DNA of 64,000 nucleotides from Eledone cirrhosa (Eukaryota): the NCBI GenBank assembly GCA_964016885.1, contig OZ024740.1, positions 82,832,001 to 82,896,000 on the forward strand, written 5' to 3'. Positions within the stretch are counted from its first letter, which is position 1. Each line of letters starts with the position of its first letter. Below are positions 15,040-27,928 of this stretch, piece after piece. A model generated the notes under the pieces. It was not told the DNA's origin. It saw nothing but the letters and a program-made list of their open reading frames with translations, and did not search any database. Position numbers and translations under genes: made by a program.

Positions 15040-15760
15040 GACATATTAGAATCAGTGGAAGCGTAACACTGCCAGTCAACGGCATGATTAAATAACACAA
15101 GAAATCCAGTTGCGTAGTAATCTTTCTCGTCAAGCCTCGCGTTAGAGGATTTGAAGATTCCAGCATCGTACGATATGATTTATACACATGTATCAAGTTT
15201 CTTACATGCAGTGAGGACCGATGAATTATCACGTTCTTTAGCAATATTGGATTTCATTTCCTTACATTAGACCACACACTATTGCATTAATCAATATCAT
15301 TCCTTAACATGTCTACCCATCCTCACCTGGAATCGTTAAAAAAATGTACCTCCGTCGGTTTACATAGGATGTTAACCTCGTTATAGCAAAACACATGTCT
15401 GTCTTGGATGCCACCTGGCTTATCTATACTAGCGATTGAAGTTGAAGTTTCCAGTGGTCAAATGAAATGGTCACTTATCGGAACTGCTCCATATCAAAGA
15501 TTTAATTAATCACATATGTCCCCTCAACACTGAATGCTTTGGGACTCCCGCTTTAGAGAGTACAAATCTATGCACATTTCCGGTTTGACTTTGTTGCAGC
15601 TGGTCCATGTGTTCTTAAGGAGACAATATGAATACTTTGGCGTCGGACACCTCAGATGTAAGTGTAATCGGCCTTATGCGAGTAGAATCCCAGTAGTGTA
15701 CTGAAGGGGATATGGTCAGGCAATGCAACGGATATGTATCTCTCTTATTGCAACACCTCG
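15040..15760 (-). mobile_element. highly decayed CR1/L2-like LINE fragment
   Basis: ORF 15023-15244 contains RNLIHVYKSY(V)RTMLE, resembling the CR1 motif that follows the RT domain. Confidence 0.4.
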
Positions 15761-16592
15761 GTGAAATATATTCTATTCAGATGTAGAGACTAATAATGAT
15801 GAATGTACGCTGCCTATATATATTAACAGTTTTGTATGCATCGTTTTTGTATGTAGCTTAGATTATATTCACAGAGCTGTTTTATTGCAATGAACCTAGT
15901 TAATCTCCGTGTTTCTCTACAATATATTACATATGCAAGATTCCTATTTGGTATGCAGAATGTTTTCTGAGATAATTTTCCCCATAACAAAGCGACATAT
16001 GAAAAGATAAATGAATAAGTACATACATAAATAAAGGAATGCAATAACAAATCATATCTAATATATATGTTCCAGTTCTTGCAGCTGATATAATAGTCTT
16101 TTAAAAGGGGCTATCATAGATTATTATATTTCCTAGACAGTTAAATCAGCATATTAGCTATTTTCTATCAGAATATGAAACAATTTGTTATTAGATAATG
16201 TATTTAACCACGATTTCAATGCATTTGACCTAGTTCTCTCACTTCAATTTGTCTTTAACCGTTCCTTTAAATCAATGAAGATAAATATTATTCTAGATTA
16301 CATCTTCAGAGATTATTACTTGTGGTTTTTTTTTCTAATGTCGCGTAGTGTCTTGTCTAACATTGGCTACTTAAATGTCGAGTACAATTTATTGTCAGAG
16401 GGAATGAATATATTTGTTGTTGCAAGTGCAACGTTCTCTGCACCATAATTTATTCTGAATGTAGTTCTTTAGATTGGCTTTGACACGATTTTCATTATAT
16501 TCAATTCGCTATTTCATATGATGCTTAAAAATGAATGAACTCCTCAGAAATCTATTAATCAAATTTAAGACTATAAAAGTTTTAGAATAGGA

Positions 16593-16701
16593 AATAATTG
16601 TTTCTACTTTAGCCACAAGACCAGCACATACCAGTACATTACTGGTACTTTATTTTATCAACCCCATAAGGATTAAAGGCAAAGTTAACCTCGGCGGCAT
16701 T
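16593..16701 (-). mobile_element. SINE fragment
   Basis: Reverse complement of SINE core and tail. Confidence 0.8.
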
Positions 16702-16920
16702 AGAATAGGAAATAATGATTTCATACATATCACAAAGAGAAATAGTCTTAATATATGCCTTGGCTTGATAATCTATATTATGATGAGTGTAGCAATATCT
16801 TATGCATCAATGATATCTCGTTGTAATTTGAAAGCACCTGCACGAATTTGTCTGATTTGAAGTGTGTAAAATGTGAACAATTAATATGGATGAACAAGAT
16901 GCATTTCATTATTTTCTTCT

Positions 16921-17136
16921 TGGAATTGCAGTATTGGTAGAGTGTCGGACACCATGCTTTGGAGCATAGAGTTACGGTCCTTTACGGTGTGAGTTCAAAT
17001 CCCGCCGAGGTTAACTTTGTCTTTCATCCTTACGCGGTCGATAAAATAAAGCACCAGTAACGTACTAGGGTCGATTTAATCGACTTTCCCATACCCCAAA
17101 ATTACTGGCCTTGTGCCTATACTGGAAATCATTATT
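16921..17136 (+). mobile_element. SINE, variant subfamily with extra hairpin GTCGATTTAATCGAC
   Basis: Same head and core; ~30 nt extra segment before the tail. Confidence 0.8.
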
Positions 17137-18288
17137 TTCGTCTTAATCGTTTACGGTAAGAGGTATTTGTTCCGTATAAGTTGAAGTAAAGAAATGGTGA
17201 TTGCTTGACTCAATGGCTGATATTGAGCTATTGTGTTTCGAATAGATGAACAGAAAATGAAAGGAAATGATTTGGCATTTGATACTTCGTCAGCTAGGGA
17301 TACTTCGTCAGCATAGTATAGTGTGCATCTTTGAAACAACAATGTTGCGGGCGTGTTAGAAAAATAAATACTTAACGAATGATGTAAAACTAGCCGATGC
17401 CGTTCCATAACAAATTGACATAACAAATCCGATATTGCAAAATCTACCCTTACCAATCAACTATCAAATAACTGAGAGCAATATTTAGAGGATGAGTGTT
17501 AACGAATAAGGTACTTATGATTTTACATGTGAATTACATAAACATTGTTAAAGTGAATAATCGCTAAAATCGCTGCTAACATATTATGAACTTATAACTA
17601 AGAGGCTAATCTCTAGCGAAATTACAATGAATGAGCTTTCACTAAGTAAATGATATCTCAGTAATATCCAACCACAAATGTTACATTAGATTAAAGTGAT
17701 GAAACTGACGTGAGTCATGATAAAACTTATGCATTGCAAAGACAGTTCTCTTTAACGTATATAATAAAAGAGAATCTGTTTCTCCGTCTGTCTGCCTGTC
17801 GCAGTGAGAAAGAATGCGTGTTTGAGAAAGATGGATAGTTTATGACGTGAGAATGAAAGTCTTCGCGACAAGCTTTAAACAAATATTTTCACTACAATAA
17901 CAGATTGTTGCTGTTATTTCTGATGTTGCTGCTGTTGTTGAGATAGAGAATCAGAGAGATGTTTGTGTTACAGATAGATAGATAATGTAAAGCATAATTC
18001 AACAAAACGGTGACGTCATAATATCAAATTAGCATATTTCAATATCTTTCATTAGGAAACGTTTCCTCTATAGTTTACATAAGAAACTAAAGTGTTGTCT
18101 GACATATACTTAAATTTCCTGCGTTTAATTATAAAAACATACTTATTATTTAGAATATACAAAGTATTTTAAATAAATGTTATTGTTCAACAGTACTCAA
18201 ACTGCTATTACTCTTCGCTGAGAAAGTCAATCTAAACCTCATTTGAAAAGTTTATGATACGTACATGATTAACAATTATTATTCTTAC

Positions 18289-18476
18289 CGGTGAATTGGC
18301 AGTATCGGTAGAGGGTTGGACGCCATGCTTTGCAAAATAGTTAGGTCCCTTTACGGTCTGAATTCAAATCCCGTCGAGGTTAACTTTGCCTTTCATCCTT
18401 ACGCGTTCGATAAAATAAAGTACCAATAATGCACTGGGATAATTGGTGGCCTTGTTCTAAAAGTAGAAACAATTAT
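18289..18476 (+). mobile_element. SINE with long target-site duplication
   Basis: Flanked by ATTATTCTTACCGGTG at ~18278-18293 and ~18472-18487. Confidence 0.85.
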
Positions 18477-19049
18477 TCTTACCGGTGGATATTTACAAAT
18501 AATAAATGTATGAAAATATTGTTACAACAATCAATGAATGGATTTAACTATATAAATTATAAATGAGGAATATATGAAAAGGGAAACGAACCTACACTGA
18601 AATCGCAGTTCAGGCCATTTCATTCTTTGGTTAGATACAAATTCTCTATACACGAGTTTCTCATTTTTATTTCTTGACCATAATTGAAATGATTTGGAGT
18701 GTTGTCATTTATTTTGTCATAAATAGAAAGATATCATACAAAGCAGCATTCGAATACAATACATAAATGTATATGCTATCACTATAGAGTTCGTAAAAAT
18801 TAATCCTGTTAAAATATATTGTAGAGTTTTCCTTTTATAAGAACGGTGTATTCTATCGAAAAAGGATATGTGAACAAAATAATTCCATTTGGATAGGAAG
18901 TAAAAAGATGGAGCATGACCCTATTATGTGCACGTACAAAATGTAGCATGTTTCCAAAAAGAATATTACAGAGTTTAGCTTCACTCCTATCACAGTTATA
19001 CTTAATATAAACACGTCAAATACAAACACGCAATCGTATTCATATATAT

Positions 19050-19142
<93 letters not shown>

Positions 19143-19305
19143 AAACAATAAAACGAAATACACAAATACATGCGAATACGTACATATACATGCATATACA
19201 CACATATATCCCTGAATTTGTGTGGTTCCAACCTTAACCGTTGTTGTTCTATGATTAACAGGGATAAAATAATCTGAATGAATAAGATTTACTCAATATC
19301 AGAGC

Positions 19306-19959
19306 TATATAACACATTATAAAGAAAGAAGAAACATTCGACATAAATAAAAATATATATATACCCAATAATCTTCAACATCCTCGATTGTGCAGTTTCG
19401 TGGCTACTATGCAAACACATTACATCATAGAGATGCAGTATTTTTGTGAGGTTTGCCAACTTATCAAGAGAATACCTCATTAAAGTTTCAAAACACGTCC
19501 GCAAGTCGTGAGAGAGAATCCCGGAAAGGCGGAGGCGTTACTTATCACGTGATACAGCGGTCAAGAAACAGAGTTAAGCCTCTTGCAACCAAGAGAAAAT
19601 TACCACAAATGGTGGAAGGGGTATTAATACCTCTCGTATTAATACCCCCTACGCCATTTGTGATATCTTTCTCTTGGTTGTAAGAGGCTTAACTCTGTTT
19701 CTTGACCGCTGTATCACGTGATAAGTTCCCCCTCCGCCTTTCTGGGATCCTCTCTCACACCCTGCGGACGTGTTTTGAAACTTTAATGAGGTATTCTCTT
19801 GATAAGTTGGCAAACCTCACAAAAATACTGCATCTCTATGATGTAATGTTTTTGCATAGTAGCCACGAAACAGCGCAGTCGAGGATGTTGAAGTATATTG
19901 GGTATATATATTTTTTTATTTATGTCTAATGTTTCTTCTACTTTATAATGTATTATATA
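19306..19959. repeat. ~654 bp palindrome (5 nt loop) with degenerate hammerhead motif
   Basis: Centre GTATTAATAC-CTCTC-GTATTAATAC; ORFs 19289-19504(-) and 19702-19929(+) mirror each other. Confidence 0.92.
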
Positions 19960-20053
19960 TATATATATATATTATATATATATATACGTGCATGTGTGTG
20001 TGTATGTGTGTGTATGTGTATGTGTGTATGAGTGTGTGTACATATTGATATAT

Positions 20054-20135
<82 letters not shown>

Positions 20136-21599
20136 AGAGGGAGAGAGATTTACATGTATCTCGTATATTTTTAACAATAGAATAACGTTGACTATCGAGT
20201 AGTTCTTCTGAACATGACAAGTTTGATGGATGCATCTATATAACAAAATAAATACTATATACATATTTTCCACCTGCAGTTTAACTTAGTCACGTAGTTC
20301 TATTACTATATATTCCTATATTACTTTCTTTTTCCATTGTGTATATATTTATTGAAACAAACTTGTTTTATGTACACGGAAAAAATGTATTGTTCTGTCT
20401 GAACGTAGAGCATTATTTCGATGTGCCATGTATATATACAATTGTTTCACAGCAAAACCGTCAGTGTATGTTGTAGTGTATGTATATTTTGAATACGATT
20501 CGTACTGTGGAAAAGAAAAAAACGATGAAATATCTTCACTTCAAATATATATTTTCTCTAATATCTCATTTCTCTGAAAGCGATATCTCTCCATATATTT
20601 TAATTGATTAGTCAAAAGATTTACTGTTTAACCATGATAATGTTCAGATATTACATAAAGTTCGAAGTAAAGAGGGAAATTTCGACAACCCAGAAACACG
20701 TCGGGAATAATTGCTGTGTATACTTCTTTGGCTATTGTACAAGCTCTCAAAGTTGCGTTGTTAAACTAAATGTCGGATATTTTACTTCTCAAGAATAAGA
20801 ACTCCCTTGCCCTTTATCAGATCTCACTTAGATTCAATCTATTAAACATCATTCTTGTGGTTTATGTAATTCGAGATGCAATGAGTTTCCTACTGTGAAC
20901 AAATCTGTGAAACGAATACGTTAAATATATTTTTCCTGCAAATTCATACCTTTCGTTGTATAGTTATCGAAACATTAAAATTCATGGATATATAACACAA
21001 TTCCTTACATTTTGATTAGGCGTATTGCTTCTCTGGGTTGCTATTTTGCTTTTATTGAAGTGATTAAGTATATTAGACACAATATTTATTAATATTTTAT
21101 TAATACTGACTAATCCTTCGCTTTTGAATAGATTGAGTCCTGTTTTGGGGTCTATTTCTAGCGTCATTAAACACCTATCTTATCGTTGTAATATATAGAG
21201 TTATTTGTTCATTGAGTAGTTCAATTACGCACACTGTTGAACACACCATGCTATCTCGACAACGACATGGTCTGAATCCTACCTGTTGAATATTTTCTCT
21301 ACTCCCAATACATATCTCCATGGAAGCGGAATAATTCTTGCAATATTGTTTGTTTTAAATTATTGCGATAATTGACATTATTTCTTAATTTCAGAAACTG
21401 CATTTCGGAATAGCATATGACAGAAAATACCTTACTTTGGTACGTCTAAATTAAATACGCCCAACGTGTTATTGGGGTTTATACATGTTTAATTATATAT
21501 GTTTAATATATATATTATTTTGTTGCATTTACCATTATTTACCCCTAGTTTTTTCTACCTCATTATACCGGCTTTACAAAATGATTATCAGTCATTTAT

Positions 21600-21666
<67 letters not shown>

Positions 21667-21671
<5 letters not shown>

Positions 21672-21797
21672 AACAAGTAAGACCCCGACGGCTGAGCTCA
21701 AGCCGTTTCGACGGCTAATTCTGGACGGCTAATGCTGGTCCAGAATTAGCCGTCGAAACGGCTTGAGCTCAGCCGTCGGGGTCTTACTTGTTCCTAT
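21667..21797. repeat. perfect 60 bp-arm inverted repeat containing the 3' half of a hammerhead
   Basis: Arms 21667-21726 and 21738-21797; (TA)n on the left; ~80 bp extension then (TA)n on the right. Confidence 0.92.
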
Positions 21798-21873
21798 TAC
21801 CCACTCTACTAGCCTAAGTATTGAGTACTTTGGTGCGTTATGGTCCACCTGGCTCCTTACCACATTTCCTTCG

Positions 21874-21920
<47 letters not shown>

Positions 21921-22037
21921 GAGGTATCCACAGTAAGTTGTGGGGTCTATTATGTATGAAGACTCGATGTAATCCAAGTATATCTCTAATGACTTGATTT
22001 TTTATTTCATGTTTTAAGATATATGTATATATATATA

Positions 22038-22304
22038 TAGAATAGAATGAAGCGAAATTTTATTTCTCACTCTTAGTACGGCAGTTACTTAAATATAAGT
22101 ATGTATGTATGTATACCTGCATATATATATGTATACAGACGCACAGTAGTATGTATATGTATACACACATGCACACATATATATATATGCACGTATCGGT
22201 TTACCGAACATCCATTATAATGCTCGGCTTGTTTGTAAATAAACCGAGTATTATAATGGATGTTCGGTAAACCGAAACGTGCATATATATATATGTGTGT
22301 GTGC

Positions 22305-22335
<31 letters not shown>

Positions 22336-22447
22336 CTAGTGTGCGTCTGTATACATATATGTATGTACGTATACATACATACTTACATTTGAGTAACTAC
22401 CGTACTAAGAGTGGGAAATGAAATTCGCTTCATTCTATTCTATTCTA
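22038..22447. repeat. ~410 bp palindrome in (TA)n
   Basis: TAGAATAGAATGAAGCGAA... / ...TTCGCTTCATTCTATTCTA; centre ~22235. Confidence 0.88.
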
Positions 22448-22464
22448 TATATATATATATATAT

Positions 22465-22533
22465 TTATTAAAATAACAGATTAAAGTTTAAACAAATAAT
22501 CGCTGCGTTCACCCTTAACGGGATCTTCTGAAA
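22465..22533 (-). ncRNA. hammerhead-like motif, CAGAAGA family copy
   Basis: Minus strand: AGTTT CAGAAGA TCCCGTTAAGGGT GAAC GCAGCGATTATTTGTTT AAACT. Confidence 0.45.
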
Positions 22534-22637
22534 CTAACAAAGTCAATCTGGGAACGCATAAGTGAATATTTCAAAAAACCTTGCAACCGTAGGAAGACAG
22601 GAAGACGGTATTTTGGTTCGTGGAAACGTTCGCTGGC

Positions 22638-22894
22638 AAAGAACGGGAAAAAAATGAATATAATACGTCATTATTTGGAGCTGTGAGAAACAGTTACACG
22701 CAAAGACAAAACCACGTTTATGGTATAAAAGAAGTCGTAGACTATTATTCTATTAGGTCGTTCATAGAGACAATGGCAATGAACGAAAAAAACGAAGATA
22801 ATACGTCATATGTGGAGCGGGGAGGACAATTGCACGCAAAGAGAAAACCACGTAAATGGTATAACTGAAGTCGTAGACTAAAATTCTAACTAGG
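22638..22894. repeat. diverged ~120 bp direct duplication
   Basis: ATAATACGTCAT..CACGCAAAGA.AAAACCACGT..ATGGTATAA..GAAGTCGTAGACTA occurs twice. Confidence 0.75.
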
Positions 22895-23167
22895 AAACCG
22901 AATGATTCTCGGCTTCAGAGTTAAGAATAAAGTAAATAAAATACAGAGGCAAATGAAATTAAATAAATACATACATGCATCAATATACGTACATACACAA
23001 GCATACGCGAAAACACTTGCCATAGGTACACAAATACACGCACGTACACACAAAAAAAAACACCGCACGCAGCTACAGAACCCACGCAACGTCTGTACAC
23101 GCACGCATACGAATGTATACACCAAATACACATAAAAATATATATTAAAAAAAAAATATATATATAG

Positions 23168-23218
<51 letters not shown>

Positions 23219-23599
23219 CATATAATTAAATAAACGTATATAAATAAATAAATACTTATATAAATAGCGCACACACATACCTACATGTAAATACACTTCT
23301 GTTCGGAGACGAACGTCAACCAAAACATGATGTACACATATACACACACCCTACATACGTACGAACCCGCATACTCACACAGACGCAAAACTCACGTATA
23401 CACATAACCAAAAGCATATGTACCGGAAAAAATAATAATATATACGCCATAACATATACAATCAAATATACGTACGAGAAAGTATACGTATCTTCACAAA
23501 ACATTCAGGTAATATATACTTACCTATACAAATAAGTAATGGTATAAATATAACATATACTTAGCTACCACATCAAGACGTAAAATATCCGCGTGTAGT

Positions 23600-23905
23600 T
23601 CGTACTATCCGTTAGGGTATAATGTGGGGCTGTAAAACAGGAAAGTTTTGTGCAATTTATGTATACAAGTCAAAATTGTCTCAGATTTTTTGTTTAAGAT
23701 TGGGTCTTTGGCGTAGAGTATTTCCAGGGCCTCAGCGGTGCTGAGGTCACATGGTCTTTTATTTCCGTTATATGATCTAGACCAAGCTAGGATCTCCCAG
23801 TGTAACTTATATTGGGTGTGGTTGTCTTTTGGACTCCAGATATCAGCTGAAAGTGACGTCATATTCCTTCTTAAAGGGTAACGAAAAGAAGGAGTATGCA
23901 TGTAA
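23600..23905 (-). mobile_element. PLE GIY-YIG C-terminal fragment
   Basis: HTPSFRY..TSLSADIW..WEIL..Y..CDL..E..I..LNKKSE..CIH pattern. Confidence 0.75.
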
Positions 23906-23931
23906 AGGCGCTGCTTGAATCTATTGGCGGT

Positions 23932-24000
<69 letters not shown>

Positions 24001-24010
24001 TATATATATA

Positions 24011-24145
24011 TTCTTGGTTGTCCATCGTAAACGATGATGACATCTTCTTTATTGTTGTTCCCGTCTGCCGTGGCCGATCCTTGACTTGCAGGGGACAGTG
24101 GGGGCAGGGGAAGAGACCGGAGTCGCTTGGAACAGCTGCTGCTGT
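24011..24145 (-). mobile_element. RTE-like LINE extreme 3' end
   Basis: FPCPHCP / CKSRIG (frameshifted C2H2 remnant) followed by hairpin CATCGTTTACGATG. Confidence 0.45.
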
Positions 24146-24198
24146 GTGTGTGTATTATGTATGTGCGCATTGGGGATTGTGTGTATGTGTGTATATAT

Positions 24199-24269
<71 letters not shown>

Positions 24270-24934
24270 GGTATGTGTGTGTGCCTGTGGTGTCAAATGT
24301 AGTAGAGAAGATGTGTTCCATTAGTCATGAATATTGTTTCAAGAAGCGTCTGCTTATGTTCTTAATTTCAAAGGATGATTACCCTCTTTTGGTAGCGTCT
24401 ATATGCCTGTGATATGTATGTTAGATATGTATATACGTTTATATATGCGTGCTTTCTGTGTATGCTTGTGCAGACGTACATAGGATATGTATTTATACAT
24501 ATAGTTACACCTTATATTTTACAGTAACCTGACAAATTATTAGTTTATAACGCCTTAGATGATCATTTTATTGTCATACACACATGCCCAAAGCCACTAA
24601 GAACTTAGAAACTCGACATCACCATATCGATACATACACTTACTCACTTACTTATATAGAAACATGAGAAAGTACTGATGCACAAACACTATCAATTTGC
24701 CTCACACCCATATGACATATCAAAAGACTCATAGTCAATCTGGTGAAGGCACATTTCGATTGAGAGAATTTGTCAACGTGATATAGACTTGACAATGAGT
24801 GAGAATGGAATAAATGTACCTAAACACTTGTATGGGCTTTAAGTACCGAATTTGCCGGCGTGTAAGACGCTACATCTTTCCTAAAACATGTCTTAATATA
24901 ATCCCATGCATCCTGGGGGCCGAAGGCTATTTAT

Positions 24935-25117
24935 TTGGCGATATCGGTAGAGGATCGGACGCCATGCTTTGCAGCATAGTGTTACCGCCCTTTATGATCT
25001 GAGTTCAAATCTCGCCGAGGTTAACTTTTCCTTTGATCCTTACAGCGTCGATAAAATAAACTACCAATGATACACTGGGTTAATTGTTTGCCTTGCGCTA
25101 AAAGTCGAAACAATTAT
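24935..25117 (+). mobile_element. SINE
   Basis: A and B boxes, core and tail present. Confidence 0.85.
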
Positions 25118-27102
25118 AAGTTGTGGTAGTCAAAATTAGGGTGCGTCCTCGAGGACGAAGCGTCTTCTGCCCCGCGAAATACGGTAATTTTCTCAGTATA
25201 TATTTTCTTACAATATCTATACTTCAATTTCATAATGACATTGCCTGCCCAAGTCTTAGAGTTGATATCCTAAATGTAATACAACTTACTAAGTTTTATT
25301 TCCGTGTTATGTGTTTAAAGCAGGAAATGATATATTCAAAATAAAGCAGTTGCATGTGATATAATGTCGTAAGATTTTGAGTGAATTCCTCCGTAATTTC
25401 TAATGACTCTCACTGGGCTATCCTTTGTAGATTTTGAAAGATAATTCCGGCACGATGTCCGTTTTGTTGTTTATAGTTTCATTCACTTTCACTATTTATC
25501 CAAAATGTCCATATTCCAGTGAATCTGTAATCACCATCACACAAACGATCCTTTAAAATTGTTCATGTAATGACCTTAGTTGGCATTTATTTCTATGGAT
25601 GCACTGTTTTTGTGTCACAATTAATATACATTTTTATCATTTATGTTCTGTGTTTACATCCCGCAGATATTTATTTTTCTATCATTTTTCCATGGTTGAT
25701 TATATATCATAACATTGCAATACACTTTTCTTTTCATCAAATAATACTGGCAGCATCATGCCTCAGCATGAAATCATCAAAGGCTAAGAATACCAAATGT
25801 GTATGACAACACCTCTTGTACTAGAAGGGCTGATGATTGCACACATTCAAACTACTAGTGTAATTGTTAATACATCTATATAATATTATATTTCAAAGCA
25901 TAATAATCAATATCGTTCAAATCTGATAATTGTTATGTGTAATAATTGGTATGTCTAAAATATATCTTCGTATATGTAAACAGATGTAAGAATAGTGGGT
26001 TTTATGTTAAAAATGAATTTAGTTATTTGTTGAAGTTTACTTTTCAATTTTTATATTTAAGTCCGATATTTCTGTTACTGCTGATTGTCATATTTACCTG
26101 ATGTGATGATTCTCTATAAATGCCAATGGCTTAATGCTACGTTAATTTGATGTACTATGTATGCCATTTATAACATTCAATAAAGACCCAACACACAGCG
26201 TAGACGTTGTCGATAATTCAATTGGGTTTTGCTATATGAAAATTCAGCAGACATTTCTTTGCTTATAAATGGCATTTTGAGAAATCTAGACTAATTCAGG
26301 TTTATTGACCAGTCAACATTAATCTTATCAATTTTTCTGCGTTAGCCCTGAACTGTAGTACCATAAGGAACCGCTTGTCTTAGGTATTTTATCAAGATAG
26401 ACTAATTTACTAAAGATGAAGCCGATTATGTTTCAAATCAAAGGAAATGAATGAGGTAATGTCATGACAAGTACGCTTGATATTTAATAGAAAATCACGA
26501 CCATTTCTAGTTAAATAAATTGGCTTTTCCTTCCCCGGAAAAGGATTTTTTAAAAAGCACAGGAAAGGTAGGAGCCCATCATAGCAGAAATGTCTATATC
26601 TAATCAAGAAGTTTGTCGTTTGGTTGTATCATATTGCATCTCACCATGAGAAGAAAATCCGAAATGGCCGAGCACTTCTTACCATCAGTTAGTTAATGTG
26701 AGATTGTGAGTGGATCAGCGTAGGATAAAGTCAGAGTCATATGACTGAAATATATTGCAATGTATATCCTTAACAAAATAAATCAATCTTTTCTAAATTA
26801 CAGGACTATATATATTGGGTGATGACGTGGGAAAGATCAATTGAGTAAATATTCATAAATATCAAGTGACGAAGGTGAGCATGAAAACTATTGACACTTG
26901 TAAACGAATGACTATATTATCGAGTTAAATCTGCGTGAGAGCTATATATCTTGTAAAATTCTCACAATTATTCATGTACAAAAGGCAGGAGCCTAGCAAA
27001 ATGTGTTCAAAATAAATTATGTCTTCTTAAATAGAGAGAAAGACATCAGTTCAATTATAAATCGAAGAATCGCATATAACTCAAACTATTCATATCCATA
27101 TA

Positions 27103-27292
27103 TAATAATTGTTTTCTAATTTTGGCACCAGGTTAGCAATTATCCATCGCATTACTGGTACTTTTTGTTATCGACTCTGTTGAGGATGAAAGGCAAAGTT
27201 AACCTCGGCGGGATTTAAACTCAGACCGTAAACGGCCGTAATTCTATGCCAAATCATGGCGTCCGGCCCTCTACCGATACTGTCAATCCATT
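27103..27292 (-). mobile_element. SINE
   Basis: Reverse complement of near full-length SINE. Confidence 0.85.
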
Positions 27293-27592
27293 GAAATTTC
27301 CATTGATCGTTTGCAAGCAAACAGCCCGATAAATCTGTGATGTGCTGATGACAATTGTCATCCGTTTTTTGAACACTGGCATCGTGGAACAATAAACATG
27401 TTTCTAGGTCATAACCTTTCATCAGGACTGTTTCCTTCTCTCCCAATCTGTTTAACGGTTGGACATATAAACATCGACTGGCCTTGCCCAAAATAAAAGA
27501 AATAAAATCAGAATTGTATTTCTAGCTCTAGCACAGCTGATACATAAATGTAAGTATGCATGCGTATAAACACACACACATATATTTATAAG

Positions 27593-27727
<135 letters not shown>

Positions 27728-27729
27728 TA

Positions 27730-27928
27730 AAAAAATATGAAATCGAAAATACAACTGGAGTCTTATTTTAAAAAATATATATATTTATTTGGTTTGAAAA
27801 ACCACAGACCCTCCATCTCAACTCTACTTTTGAAAAGCAGAAGAATTGCGAAACCGGTAAATGAACCAAATAAATATATATTTTTTTAAAAATAAGACTC
27901 CAGCTGCATTTTCGATTTCATCTTTTTT
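27730..27928. repeat. fold-back element (arms 27730-27794 and 27864-27928) enclosing a hammerhead-like motif
   Basis: TGAAATCGAAAATACAACTGGAGTCTTATTTT / AAAATAAGACTCCAGCTGCATTTTCGATTTCA. Confidence 0.85.

Noticed and set aside
20640-20715. Possible terminal exon ILHKVRSKEGNFDNPETRRE
   Set aside because: Only a weak acceptor site; compatible with chance.
22250-22290. Hammerhead in the 22 kb palindrome (TCGGTAAACCGAAACGTGCA)
   Set aside because: A hairpin and GAAAC are present but there is no CUGANGA-like core or stem I.
25400-26750. Possible host exons (e.g. minus-strand DRLCDGDYRFTGIWTFW; ORF 26410-26607)
   Set aside because: Short, no recognisable homology, no consistent splice chain; needs RNA-seq.
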